64,000 bases of DNA from Escherichia coli. GTDB taxonomy: Bacteria; Pseudomonadota; Gammaproteobacteria; Enterobacterales; Enterobacteriaceae. Position 1 is the first letter of the stretch. Each line of letters starts with the position of its first letter. Location of the stretch: the NCBI GenBank assembly GCA_022969815.1, contig GCA_022969815.1_4535.1. One strand, given 5' to 3'. The notes beneath the pieces were generated by a model. It ran no database searches. It worked only from the letters and a program-made list of their open reading frames with translations, and was not told the DNA's origin. The position numbers were made by a program, and so were the translations under genes. Of this stretch, positions 55,905 to 64,000 are shown piece after piece.

Positions 55905-55990
55905 TGGCGGTAGATGTAGGACTCGAACCTACACGCCGTTTCCGACTACAGTTTAGCAAACTGTTGTGGCTACCATTTCACCAATCTACC
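55905..55990 (-). tRNA. tRNA-Ser (anticodon GCU), long variable arm, CCA encoded
   Basis: Acceptor GGTAGAT/ATCTACC, anticodon arm ACAGT-TTGCTAA-ACTGT, 15-nt variable arm, T-loop TTCGAGT. Confidence 0.7.
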
Positions 55991-55996
55991 TAAATT

Positions 55997-56086
55997 TGGA
56001 GGAAGGTAATGGAGTCGAACCATCACCGTATCTCTACAATGGGCCAGGGTTCAAATCTGGTTGCGTACCACTACGCCCTACCTTCC
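55997..56086 (-). tRNA. tRNA-Ser (anticodon UGA), long variable arm, CCA encoded
   Basis: Acceptor GGAAGGT/ACCTTCC, anticodon loop TTTGAAC with A31-C39 mismatch, long variable arm, T-loop TTCGACT. Confidence 0.6.
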
Positions 56087-56321
56087 ATACATTTAATCTA
56101 ACATAAAACGATGTTGATTGTCAACACCTTTTAAAACATTTTATTATGAATGGTGACTCCACCAACCCCCGTTCTCCACGAACGGTACTCTTCGAGCAAT
56201 CTACCCTTGCAATCAAACGTTGTACACCGTTAGCTTACTCATGCATATTTGCCTCATTCTCTGCCAACCATGATCAGTGGTAGGGTTCAAATCACTTGAG
56301 CTAATTCATACTAAAATGTTC

Positions 56322-56396
56322 TGGTGTCTTTACAAGGAATCGAACCTTGACTAAGAGTTTAGAAGACTCCTGTGCTATCCATTACACCATAAAGAC
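56322..56396 (-). tRNA. tRNA-Arg (anticodon UCU), CCA encoded
   Basis: Acceptor GTCTTTA/TAAAGAC, anticodon arm GGAGT-CTTCTAA-ACTCT, T-loop TTCGATT. Confidence 0.75.
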
Positions 56397-56398
56397 GT

Positions 56399-56473
56399 TG
56401 GTGGCCCTGACTGGTTTCGATCCAGTTGCCTATCGGTTATGAGCCGACTGCTCTCCCATTGAGCTACAGGGCC
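56399..56473 (-). tRNA. tRNA-Met or Ile2 (anticodon CAU), CCA encoded; unusual A at T-loop position 54
   Basis: Acceptor GGCCCTG/CAGGGCC, D-arm GCTC-AATGGGA-GAGC, anticodon arm GTCGG-CTCATAA-CCGAT, T-loop ATCGAAA. Confidence 0.65.
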
Positions 56474-56684
56474 GTAAATGTGGTAACAGAGACGTTGAAA
56501 GTAGTAGGAAGTAGCTACCATTCCTCGGACGTAAGCCCAACATTCAGCGTAAATGTTCTTGAGCCGAAGCTTTTCCATATGTTCTTTGGTAGCTAACCTC
56601 CGAACAAGTAGCCTCTAACATCTCCCCGATGCAAATCCGTCTTAACAACAGTCAACGACCCTGTTACCACACTTGATAAAGCGT

Positions 56685-56713
56685 ATCTTAACAAAATAAG
56701 ACACGCTTGTCAA
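56685..56713 (-). promoter_or_regulatory. sigma70-like promoter reading into the tRNA cluster (minus strand)
   Basis: minus-strand TTGACA (plus 56708-56713), 17-nt spacer, TAAGAT (plus 56685-56690), AT-rich UP-like region upstream. Confidence 0.45.
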
Positions 56714-56730
56714 TACTTATTTCAAATATT

Positions 56731-56979
56731 TTAGGCGTAATCTTGAACCTCTTCAGAGTCACGTTTTTCAAGTAGTGCTATAACAAGTGCTTCAGCATTT
56801 TGCCAAGAGTTCTCCAGGTCCATTTGACGCATAAGAGCCAGGAAATCGATAACTTTAACGTCCTCGTTGATGACGATCCTAACACCGTCTTCACTCTCGG
56901 TAACATACTTCTCTGGGTTGAACATGAAGATTGCTCCACCTTCACCGTCAGTCAACACATGTTTTTCTACTAAAGACAT
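56731..56979 (-). CDS. hypothetical protein
   Basis: ORF with minus-strand AGGAGG-type RBS. Confidence 0.45.
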   Translation of the reverse strand: MSLVEKHVLTDGEGGAIFMFNPEKYVTESEDGVRIVINEDVKVIDFLALMRQMDLENSWQNAEALVIALLEKRDSEEVQDYA

Positions 56980-56990
56980 ATTGATTCCTC

Positions 56991-57251
56991 CTAATCGATT
57001 GTTTGTTCGTCCTCCATTACATTAGAAATGAGAACGTCTGTTATACCTTGATGCTGATAGACCCTTTCGGGGCTGTCGTCAAATGCCAAGCCTGTACATA
57101 TCGAACAGAGATCTGACTCTTGAATAATTCCATTTTTATCACGTCTGGAATGGTTAGTCAAGTGTCTGTTACAAGCCCGACAACGAAAATAAAAATTGTT
57201 TTGCATAAATCCTTCGAACCCCAAAATGGGGAGTAATCGGCATCTCCTCAC
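56991..57251 (-). CDS. hypothetical zinc-ribbon protein
   Basis: CRACN ... CSIC motif; true start may be an internal Met. Confidence 0.4.
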   Translation of the reverse strand: MRRCRLLPILGFEGFMQNNFYFRCRACNRHLTNHSRRDKNGIIQESDLCSICTGLAFDDSPERVYQHQGITDVLISNVMEDEQTID

Positions 57252-57280
57252 TTTTAGTGTAGCACGAAGGTTATGTTAAG

Positions 57281-57472
57281 TCAACTGGGAATAATCTTAT
57301 CGCGTTTTGTTTCGTAACCTGTCCACTCAAGATCTCCCCAACCCTCATCACCATCCATCAAGTTATCTTCATCATCGTAAGATGAAATGTTGTAAATTGA
57401 CTTCGGATTACAAGACATACAATCTTTGATTGGGATGTGGTGCCACTTGCACGGATTCTCGCTGGTACTCAT
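57281..57472 (-). CDS. hypothetical small protein
   Basis: ORF with minus-strand GAGGAG RBS. Confidence 0.4.
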   Translation of the reverse strand: MSTSENPCKWHHIPIKDCMSCNPKSIYNISSYDDEDNLMDGDEGWGDLEWTGYETKRDKIIPS

Positions 57473-57789
57473 GTTAATCTCCTCTGTTATCGTGTTCTTG
57501 GGATGAACTCTAACATATGTAAGATCTAAAAGTCAACTAATTCTTTTAACTACTAACTAATAATAATTATTTTCTTTTTTGTTAGTTAGTTTGTTGATCA
57601 GTATAGAGCAGATCTGTTACTATCTAACTGTCTTTAAGATCTTTAAAACCTAAGTCTTTTAGATCGAGCATATACTTAACCAATAAAAACAAGACCTTAA
57701 CTCGCTGCGCTCGTTAATAGGTTTTTAGGGTATCACATTTCGATAATCAAAGTCAAGACAATTTTCAAATTATTTTCATTGTGCAAAGC

Positions 57790-57817
57790 TTGTGTTCTTT
57801 GGTGTATGTGTTATAGT
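57790..57817 (+). promoter_or_regulatory. sigma70-like promoter with extended -10 for the rightward early genes
   Basis: TTGTGT (57790-57795), 16-nt spacer, TGnTATAGT extended -10 (57809-57817), then RBS GAGAGGAG and ATG 57848. Confidence 0.45.
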
Positions 57818-57847
57818 GAATAAACTTAAACAAGAGAGGAGATATAA

Positions 57848-58060
57848 ATGAGTATTGCTAAGACAGCCAAACAACGTATGAAAGAAGGTATCAACCTAAC
57901 ACCACGACCTAAGCCTGGAGGTCACTATGTAACACATGCAAAAACTTACTGGGTTGATCAGATAGTCGGTAGTCGTGAAGTGGACAGTCCAAAAGAGTTC
58001 GACCGCCTGTGTTATGGGTACAGCGATATGGAAGACTTCATAGATCGCATTGTGGATTGA
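57848..58060 (+). CDS. hypothetical early protein
   Basis: RBS GAGGAG, ORF. Confidence 0.5.
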   Translation: MSIAKTAKQRMKEGINLTPRPKPGGHYVTHAKTYWVDQIVGSREVDSPKEFDRLCYGYSDMEDFIDRIVD

Positions 58061-58132
58061 TTAAGGTGCGAGGTAAGGTGATTTATCATCTTCATTTAAA
58101 TAGTACGTTAGAGACGCATTTAGGAGGGTAGG

Positions 58133-58459
58133 ATGAGGTTTACAAGACAAGAGGTGGTTGTACTGGACGAGGTAATGACAATGATCGTCTTTTACTATGA
58201 AGATATCTTCTGTGCAGCGTATCATTTAAACGACATTCAAATTGAATGGCAGCAGATAGCATTCCTGTTGGACAAGAGTAATCATCTGGATGGATTTGAG
58301 TATTTGGAATGGGATGGTGCAAGACAAATCAAAATTGTTGGATTAAATCATGATCAGCTTGTTGACATTGATTGCAAGCTGTGTCATTATCAGTTCTCAA
58401 ACAAAGTTAAACTCGAAAGACAATTGGAGGTAGTTAAAGATGATAGCACTAATCAGTGA
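58133..58459 (+). CDS. hypothetical early protein
   Basis: RBS GGAGGG, ORF. Confidence 0.5.
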   Translation: MRFTRQEVVVLDEVMTMIVFYYEDIFCAAYHLNDIQIEWQQIAFLLDKSNHLDGFEYLEWDGARQIKIVGLNHDQLVDIDCKLCHYQFSNKVKLERQLEVVKDDSTNQ

Positions 58460-58552
58460 TCACCCATACCTGGCAACATTTGTTCTGATTTTTGCCCTTG
58501 CTGTAATTCACGATGTTCTGATAAGTTATTTTGACAACAAAGGAGGTAAGAA

Positions 58553-58747
58553 ATGAAAGATGTTATTCAAATGATTTTCCGTGTCACCCTTGATGATAAT
58601 CATGTTGTTAAAGGCACCCAGAACTACACAGAAGCGAAAGAACATTTCCTGGAATGGATTGAGACGTTGAAGACACAAAACGTGTCCTACAGTCGCGTTA
58701 CGCTCTCTGGCGACCATATGCCGATCATGGAGTATACAAAGAAATGA
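58553..58747 (+). CDS. hypothetical early protein
   Basis: RBS AGGAGG, ORF. Confidence 0.5.
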   Translation: MKDVIQMIFRVTLDDNHVVKGTQNYTEAKEHFLEWIETLKTQNVSYSRVTLSGDHMPIMEYTKK

Positions 58748-58983
58748 GTAAATATCCAATTACAGGTGTGACCTACTCGTGCGTAGGTAAAGGTGGTTTG
58801 TATTCGGTTGTGGAATTTCCAAAACCTGCTGGAGTATCTAAAGTCTTCGATCCAATCGTTATCTATGAAGACTTACGTACTGGACAACACTACTGGCGTT
58901 TCCAGGGTGATTTTTTAGATCGTATGGAGGTAGTTAATGGCGACAACACCGAAGAAGTCATCAAAAACAAAAACCGCTACTAA
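58744..58983 (+). CDS. hypothetical early protein
   Basis: ATGA-coupled ORF. Confidence 0.5.
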   Translation: MSKYPITGVTYSCVGKGGLYSVVEFPKPAGVSKVFDPIVIYEDLRTGQHYWRFQGDFLDRMEVVNGDNTEEVIKNKNRY

Positions 58984-59293
58984 GAAACCCAAGAAGAACG
59001 AAGTTCTGAAGGTTGCTAAATCAGTCCCTAAGAAAGATAAATTTGATACGGAGGCATTCGTCTTTGACACAGCTATCGAGAAAATTGAAGAAGCGTTGCA
59101 GCGTCTTGAGGAGCAGGAGGCAGACCCAATGGCTGAACCACTCACCCAAGATCAACTCTACTGGTGGGGAGTATGGACCTTGCAAATGCCAGACGCAAAA
59201 AGACGAGGAATGACTTCAGTTCCTACTTGTGCAAAAGAGGCTGCTGTGTTAGGCTTGTACGAGAAATCCAAGAAAGGGGGTAAAAAGAAATGA
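58937..59293 (+). CDS. hypothetical lysine-rich basic protein
   Basis: K-rich N- and C-termini; overlaps the previous ORF by 47 nt. Confidence 0.4.
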   Translation: MATTPKKSSKTKTATKKPKKNEVLKVAKSVPKKDKFDTEAFVFDTAIEKIEEALQRLEEQEADPMAEPLTQDQLYWWGVWTLQMPDAKRRGMTSVPTCAKEAAVLGLYEKSKKGGKKK

Positions 59294-59571
59294 CCAAGAC
59301 TTTCCTGAAGTGTGTAAAAGCAAAAGAGAACGAATGGTACTCTGGACTCTTTACTGTAGGCAAGAAGTACGAGATCCTCAACGGGACAGGTAAGAAGTTT
59401 TCTCTTGTTGTAAACGACGAAGGTGCGGAGCAAATGGTATTTGCTGAAAGCTCTGTCTACGGTATCTTTGAAGTAGTGCAAGAAGGTTCTCCATTAGTCC
59501 TGGAGTATCTCGGCACTAATCAACCATACACTGCCCTGGATGTTATCAACAACAAGAAGGATGCAAAATGA
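59290..59571 (+). CDS. hypothetical protein
   Basis: ATGA-coupled ORF. Confidence 0.5.
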   Translation: MTKTFLKCVKAKENEWYSGLFTVGKKYEILNGTGKKFSLVVNDEGAEQMVFAESSVYGIFEVVQEGSPLVLEYLGTNQPYTALDVINNKKDAK

Positions 59572-59750
59572 TTCTGCTTTATTCCGGTAAGGCAAAATAC
59601 ATGCAAGGTGTTAAGCGTGTAGAGGTTACTAAGACGGTTACAATTGGAAAGTCTTTCGTGGTATACTGCTTCCTTGTTAACGGAACAGAGTATGCTGTTG
59701 CAAAGACTTTGGTTGATAATGGTAAAACTTGGAAAGTGGAGGCACTATGA
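59568..59750 (+). CDS. hypothetical protein
   Basis: ATGA-coupled ORF. Confidence 0.45.
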   Translation: MILLYSGKAKYMQGVKRVEVTKTVTIGKSFVVYCFLVNGTEYAVAKTLVDNGKTWKVEAL

Positions 59751-59944
59751 TCAGTGTGGCTGGATGGGTTGTACTGGCAACCCTCAATGGGAATGTCACC
59801 GTGGAGACTAAAACAATCTTCAAAGCACCAGAAGATTGTTATAACTCTCTGGTGGCATGGCCTCGTGATGAGGATGATAAGGCAGAGTATCAGTGTTTTT
59901 ACATTGAAGCTCAACCTGTTGAATTTGAGGTTAAAGTGAAATGA
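59729..59944 (+). CDS. hypothetical protein
   Basis: ORF; alternative overlapping frame 59754..59939 not preferred. Confidence 0.4.
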   Translation: MESGGTMISVAGWVVLATLNGNVTVETKTIFKAPEDCYNSLVAWPRDEDDKAEYQCFYIEAQPVEFEVKVK

Positions 59945-60426
59945 AAATAAAAATTACTAAAGCAGAGGTAGATAATCCACAATTCTTTTCTTTGAATAAA
60001 AGCTACGATATTAAAAACGGAGACGAGTTTGATGTTGTAGATATTGTAACAGAGGCTGATGGTGTAGACATTGGATATATGATTGTTCCGCCTTGTGGTG
60101 GTAGTCCTATTATCGTATTGCGTGACGAAGCTGTAGAGGTATGTTCCGATGAACCTCCATATGACAGCCCATACATGACAGAGTGGGTTGTTGCTGTGGA
60201 TGTTGGAGGTATGGTTTCTGTACTGAAAGCTCCTAATCTCCACCCTGGCTTCACAGAGAACGGTAAGACAGCTTTGGATTACGGGTTGCCGGAAGATGTT
60301 GACAATACACCGCCAGGTATGTATCGTTGGATCTGCTCTTTCCACGAAGAGAAGGATTGGGAATCAGGTCTTGTGGATGATTGGCATTTCGAAGTGGAGA
60401 GTTCCTTTTTAATCATGCCAGCTTAG
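59941..60426 (+). CDS. hypothetical protein
   Basis: ATGA-coupled ORF. Confidence 0.5.
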   Translation: MKIKITKAEVDNPQFFSLNKSYDIKNGDEFDVVDIVTEADGVDIGYMIVPPCGGSPIIVLRDEAVEVCSDEPPYDSPYMTEWVVAVDVGGMVSVLKAPNLHPGFTENGKTALDYGLPEDVDNTPPGMYRWICSFHEEKDWESGLVDDWHFEVESSFLIMPA

Positions 60427-60436
60427 AGGAGGTTAT

Positions 60437-60793
60437 ATGGGTGCTATTATTTGGCTTGACGATTTACGTGATCCGAAAGATTACGGTTGTCCAGATGCAA
60501 TCTGGTTTAAAACATCACAGGAACTTCTTGCCTCTCGTTACATGAATGAGGTGCAGAAGGGTTATCGTTCTGTAGACGAGTGGCATTTTGACAATGATTT
60601 AGGAGAAGACTCTGATCAAGAGGGGTACGATGTTTTCTTGCGCTTGGAAGAACTTCTGTTTTTCGGTAAGCCTTGTTTTGGCAATCCTCTTATTTTTGTA
60701 CATACTTCTAACCCAGCAGCGGCAGAGAAGTTTATGCTTGCAGAGGAATCTATGTTGAGGTATGGTATTGAAATGATTCGTGTGAACTATTAA
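60437..60793 (+). CDS. hypothetical protein
   Basis: RBS GAGGAGG, ORF. Confidence 0.5.
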   Translation: MGAIIWLDDLRDPKDYGCPDAIWFKTSQELLASRYMNEVQKGYRSVDEWHFDNDLGEDSDQEGYDVFLRLEELLFFGKPCFGNPLIFVHTSNPAAAEKFMLAEESMLRYGIEMIRVNY

Positions 60794-60948
60794 GGAGGTG
60801 TTATGCTTTATGTTATTTGGGTAGATGAAGGGGATGGGTTTTATGTATACAAACACACTAACCACTGGCCCGATGTAGAAAAAGCACTTGCAACTTTTGA
60901 AGATTGCTTTTACGATATACATACAGACGAAGAGTAAGGAGAAACCTA

Positions 60949-61305
60949 ATGAGCAGTCTTGATCATAACATTTGTCACCAACCTCTCACCTGGATTGGTG
61001 AGGGTCATTATGCGCAACGTGTTATCGTCTGTGCTGCGAATAAGTATATTCTGAATAATGGTGAAGAGTTAATTATCCCTTGCGTTCGACATGCAAATCC
61101 TGTACTATATGCACAGTTAAGCGTGTTGAAAGAAGCAGGTGCGATCAGCAAAACTTTGTGCACGCCAGATAATCAAGGCTTTATCGATCAGTATTACAAT
61201 TGGTGGAGTCGTGAGGATGCTTACATCATCGCGGAAAATGCTGACCAGATTGACCATGAGCGTAATGGTCACGACCATGAACTATTTAGCGAGGGATTAT
61301 ACTAA
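60949..61305 (+). CDS. hypothetical protein (start at ATG 60949 after RBS TAAGGAG)
   Basis: Same frame as track ORF 60904..61305 but with a proper RBS. Confidence 0.45.
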   Translation: MSSLDHNICHQPLTWIGEGHYAQRVIVCAANKYILNNGEELIIPCVRHANPVLYAQLSVLKEAGAISKTLCTPDNQGFIDQYYNWWSREDAYIIAENADQIDHERNGHDHELFSEGLY

Positions 61306-61850
61306 TGTTTATTACAAGCGATTTGCATTTTATGCACAAACGTATTCGAGAGTTTGCTCCTGAATATCGTCCGTGGGAAGATATGGACCACATGACAGAA
61401 GCTCTGATTGAAGCATGGAACAAATGTGCTACTACTCCTGGTGTTAAGATGTGGCATTTGGGCGACTTCTGTTTCGGGACTGAAGAAGATACCCGTAAGA
61501 TTGCTTCCCGTCTCCAAGGAGATATCACTTATCTTGTTGGGAACCATGATTACAGCAAGCACCGAGAAGTGCTTGCAGAGTATGGCGAAGTGGTGTATTA
61601 TGACGAAGTGAAATACCAGAAGCTGTTCTTCGTCTTAAGTCATTACCCTATTGCCTCCTGGAACAAACAGGGTCGCGGTAGCATAATGCTCCACGGACAT
61701 TCTCACGGATCTTTCCCTGATGAAGCCTACGGTAAGATGCTTGACGTTGGTTGGGATGCACATGGCAAGATCCTGCACTTTGATGAAGTTATTGAAATGA
61801 TGGAAAAACGAGAAGTCATCACTGTAGACCATCATAAAATTATCCGATAG
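61305..61850 (+). CDS. calcineurin-like metallophosphoesterase
   Basis: Spacing of metal-binding motifs typical of the metallophosphatase fold: D..H near the N-terminus, GDF, GNHD, then GHSH. Confidence 0.55.
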   Translation: MFITSDLHFMHKRIREFAPEYRPWEDMDHMTEALIEAWNKCATTPGVKMWHLGDFCFGTEEDTRKIASRLQGDITYLVGNHDYSKHREVLAEYGEVVYYDEVKYQKLFFVLSHYPIASWNKQGRGSIMLHGHSHGSFPDEAYGKMLDVGWDAHGKILHFDEVIEMMEKREVITVDHHKIIR

Positions 61851-61858
61851 GAGGAACA

Positions 61859-62185
61859 ATGCAAATTTATACAGATGATCGTAAGTACGAAACGATTCTT
61901 GACGAAGATACTGGACGAATCACAATCTTGCGCCACGGGGAAGAGTGGCGAGATGAAACTGGGGATAATTATATCTTATCTCTGATTCATCTTGTTGAAC
62001 AGATGCGTGACGACTACACCGAACTTCATTACGAAAATGAATTGAATAAGGTGAAGTTTGAAAACGAGATTGAAGAGAAAAACTTTGAAATCCTACAGCT
62101 TAAAGAAGAAAATCTTCGTCTTGAAGAAGAGATTGATGCTCTCCAGGAAGAGATTTACGAACTCAACAACGAACTGAATGCTTAA
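61859..62185 (+). CDS. hypothetical coiled-coil protein
   Basis: C-terminal leucine-zipper-like heptads (LQLKEENLRLEEEIDALQEEIYELNNEL). Confidence 0.45.
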   Translation: MQIYTDDRKYETILDEDTGRITILRHGEEWRDETGDNYILSLIHLVEQMRDDYTELHYENELNKVKFENEIEEKNFEILQLKEENLRLEEEIDALQEEIYELNNELNA

Positions 62186-62194
62186 GGAGGAAAA

Positions 62195-62347
62195 ATGGCA
62201 ACAATCTATATTTTGTTTGCTCTTTGGAGTCATGGTAGTAATGATTATACACAAGAATTCGGATCGCAAGGGGCTTGTGAGATGGCTTTAGCAGAAGGCA
62301 TCCGTAAGAATGTATTTGATCGTGGATTCTGCACACCTAAAGGTTAA
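62195..62347 (+). CDS. hypothetical small protein (50 aa, below ORF-track cutoff)
   Basis: Strong RBS AAGGAGG then ATG 62195; TAA 62345-62347. Confidence 0.4.
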   Translation: MATIYILFALWSHGSNDYTQEFGSQGACEMALAEGIRKNVFDRGFCTPKG

Positions 62348-62356
62348 GGAGAAAAC

Positions 62357-62548
62357 ATGAAGAAAGATATCGTTGTTGTTGGTTGGCTGACTTGCCCTTG
62401 TGGTAGTAATGACATAACTGTAAACACAGAGGGTGATAAAAATTATTTATTCTACGGTGATAAAATCACTTGCAATACCTGTGGACGTGTTGGTATTATA
62501 GAAACCGATGATTGTTGTGCTTTTGAATCTTGGGATGAAGAGGAATGA
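62357..62548 (+). CDS. hypothetical zinc-ribbon protein
   Basis: CPCG ... CNTCG motifs; RBS AAGGAGA. Confidence 0.45.
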   Translation: MKKDIVVVGWLTCPCGSNDITVNTEGDKNYLFYGDKITCNTCGRVGIIETDDCCAFESWDEEE

Positions 62549-62772
62549 GTACTGCATTTTATGTACGTAACGAGGATGAAGATTTCCTTGCTTCTTTCGA
62601 CGACGATTGCGATCTTGAAGAAATGTATGAAGACATGTTGGATTATGCCAAAGGTCAACGCTTTACGAGTGTTGATCATATGTTGGCAACTTCAACCATA
62701 ATCTTGGATCAAGATTTAGATGAGATCTGCAATCGATTAAAAATTGCATTATTTACTTGGGACGAAACATAA
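62545..62772 (+). CDS. hypothetical acidic protein
   Basis: ATGA-coupled ORF. Confidence 0.45.
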   Translation: MSTAFYVRNEDEDFLASFDDDCDLEEMYEDMLDYAKGQRFTSVDHMLATSTIILDQDLDEICNRLKIALFTWDET

Positions 62773-62996
62773 TGGCAACAACATTCTATTTTGAAGGTAG
62801 TGAGAAAAAGACTTCCATTACCTTTCAAAGAAACACACCAGCAGAAGATTTCTTATGGATGATAATCGATCATCTGAGAAGCGAAGGTATTCACCATATA
62901 GACGAGTATTTCGCAGAGTCTACAGACTGGCAAAACGTTGTTATGGAAGATGTTATTTTCGAACTACACCATATTATTACGGAGGAAGGAATTTGA
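62757..62996 (+). CDS. hypothetical protein
   Basis: ORF. Confidence 0.45.
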   Translation: MGRNIMATTFYFEGSEKKTSITFQRNTPAEDFLWMIIDHLRSEGIHHIDEYFAESTDWQNVVMEDVIFELHHIITEEGI

Positions 62997-64000
62997 AACA
63001 GACGAATCAAACACTTTACGGTAAAGACTCAAATGGCAAACTGAAGCAATGGACTGTTTTCACAGACGGTGCAACAGTTACTGTAGCTCACGGTAAAGTT
63101 GGTGGAAAGATTACACAAAAATCATACGAAGCGGAAGCTAAAAATACTGGACGTGCAAATGCAACCACTCCAGAAGAACAAGCAGAAGCTGAAGCTTTTG
63201 CCAAGTGGACAAAACAACTGAAAAATGGTTATTATAAAACTATGGAAGAGGCGGAGAACCACGTCCCATCCACACCTATGAAATGCCAGGACTATAAAGA
63301 TTTTGCGCATAAGGTGGTCTTCCCTGGATATGCACAATACAAACTGAATGGCTTACGTTCAATGATCAACATGAAGGGCGAATGTTTGTCTAAAGCTGGA
63401 GAAGTTTACAAACTCCCTCCGCACTGGCAAGGTATTCCAAACTTCATCAGCGAAGTTGTTGGTCATCCTCTGGATGGGGAAGTGTTCGCTGGTCTTGGTG
63501 TTCTTAGTTTGCAACAGATTAATAGTGCATGGAAAAAGCACAATGAGAACACGCCGCTCCTGAACTATTATGTTTATGATGTTCCTGTGGCAGATATGCC
63601 ATTTGAGAAGCGTGTTGAAGTATTGGCGGCTCTTAAGGCTGTAGCTGAAGAGAGTGGTCTGGATGAACTGATCTGTGTAGTACATACAGAGTATATTGAA
63701 AATCAAGAACAGTTGGATGCATTTTATGCTAAAGCTTTGCTTGAAAAAGCTGAAGGTATTGTGTATCGTAATGCTCATGGTGTCTATGAGTTTGATAAAC
63801 GTTCCTATGACGTGATCAAACGAAAACCGCGCCAGACTTTGGAAGTTAAAGTTATTTCTATGCGTTCTGATAAAAATAACGATGGGGTGTTGACAGGTGA
63901 GATGGAGAATGGTAAACTTGTTGAGTTCTTGATGCGAAAAGATGCTCACGAAACTATCAACTACCGTAAAGCAGAAAATGCCGAAACTTTGATTGATCAG
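62993..64000 (+). CDS. ATP-dependent DNA ligase, 3'-partial (runs off the window end); TTG start
   Basis: RBS GGAGGAAGG then TTG 62993; nucleotidyltransferase motifs in order: I KLNGLR, III HPLDGEVFA, IV EGIVYRN, V DVIKRKP; no stop before position 64000. Confidence 0.6.
   Translation, partial: MKQTNQTLYGKDSNGKLKQWTVFTDGATVTVAHGKVGGKITQKSYEAEAKNTGRANATTPEEQAEAEAFAKWTKQLKNGYYKTMEEAENHVPSTPMKCQDYKDFAHKVVFPGYAQYKLNGLRSMINMKGECLSKAGEVYKLPPHWQGIPNFISEVVGHPLDGEVFAGLGVLSLQQINSAWKKHNENTPLLNYYVYDVPVADMPFEKRVEVLAALKAVAEESGLDELICVVHTEYIENQEQLDAFYAKALLEKAEGIVYRNAHGVYEFDKRSYDVIKRKPRQTLEVKVISMRSDKNNDGVLTGEMENGKLVEFLMRKDAHETINYRKAENAETLIDQ

Noticed and set aside
60802-60937. Small ORF after RBS AAGGAGG at 60802
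   Set aside because: Translation from ATG 60802 reaches a stop after about 19 codons; the apparent longer ORF came from a miscounted T-run.
63359-63949. 196-aa minus-strand ORF
   Set aside because: Entirely antisense to the DNA ligase gene, whose motifs are intact on the plus strand; translation is low-complexity.

Overview
This 64 kb window reads as a contiguous piece of a large tailed dsDNA phage with a contractile tail (sheath and tube genes present), not a bacterial chromosome. Layout: (1) 1-16.1 kb, plus strand: early and replication genes, including a Ter-like stress module (TelA-like, a TerD-tagged vWA protein, a TerD protein, with a duplicated small-ORF cassette), a SleB-like secreted cell-wall hydrolase, a glycosyltransferase block with two tandem paralogues, primase-helicase, family A DNA polymerase, a GGxVRD nucleotidyltransferase and an SSB with the canonical DFDDDIPF tail. 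(2) 16.1-51.6 kb, minus strand: the virion module, with four different fibre/spike genes, baseplate genes, a tape-measure gene split by a group I intron, tube, sheath, neck proteins, a lambda gpE-like capsid protein, decoration protein, scaffold, portal and a large terminase carrying a mini-intein in its Walker A P-loop. (3) 53.5-56.5 kb, minus strand: a cluster of 11 canonical tRNAs plus one degenerate tRNA-like element, with an HNH endonuclease inserted. (4) 57.8-64 kb, plus strand: small early genes, a metallophosphoesterase and a 3'-truncated ATP-dependent DNA ligase. All calls are from reading the sequence and ORF translations by eye; no database search or structure prediction was run, so functional names are motif-based and coordinates of RNA elements are approximate to a few nucleotides. 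Minor gene starts are mostly taken from the ORF track.
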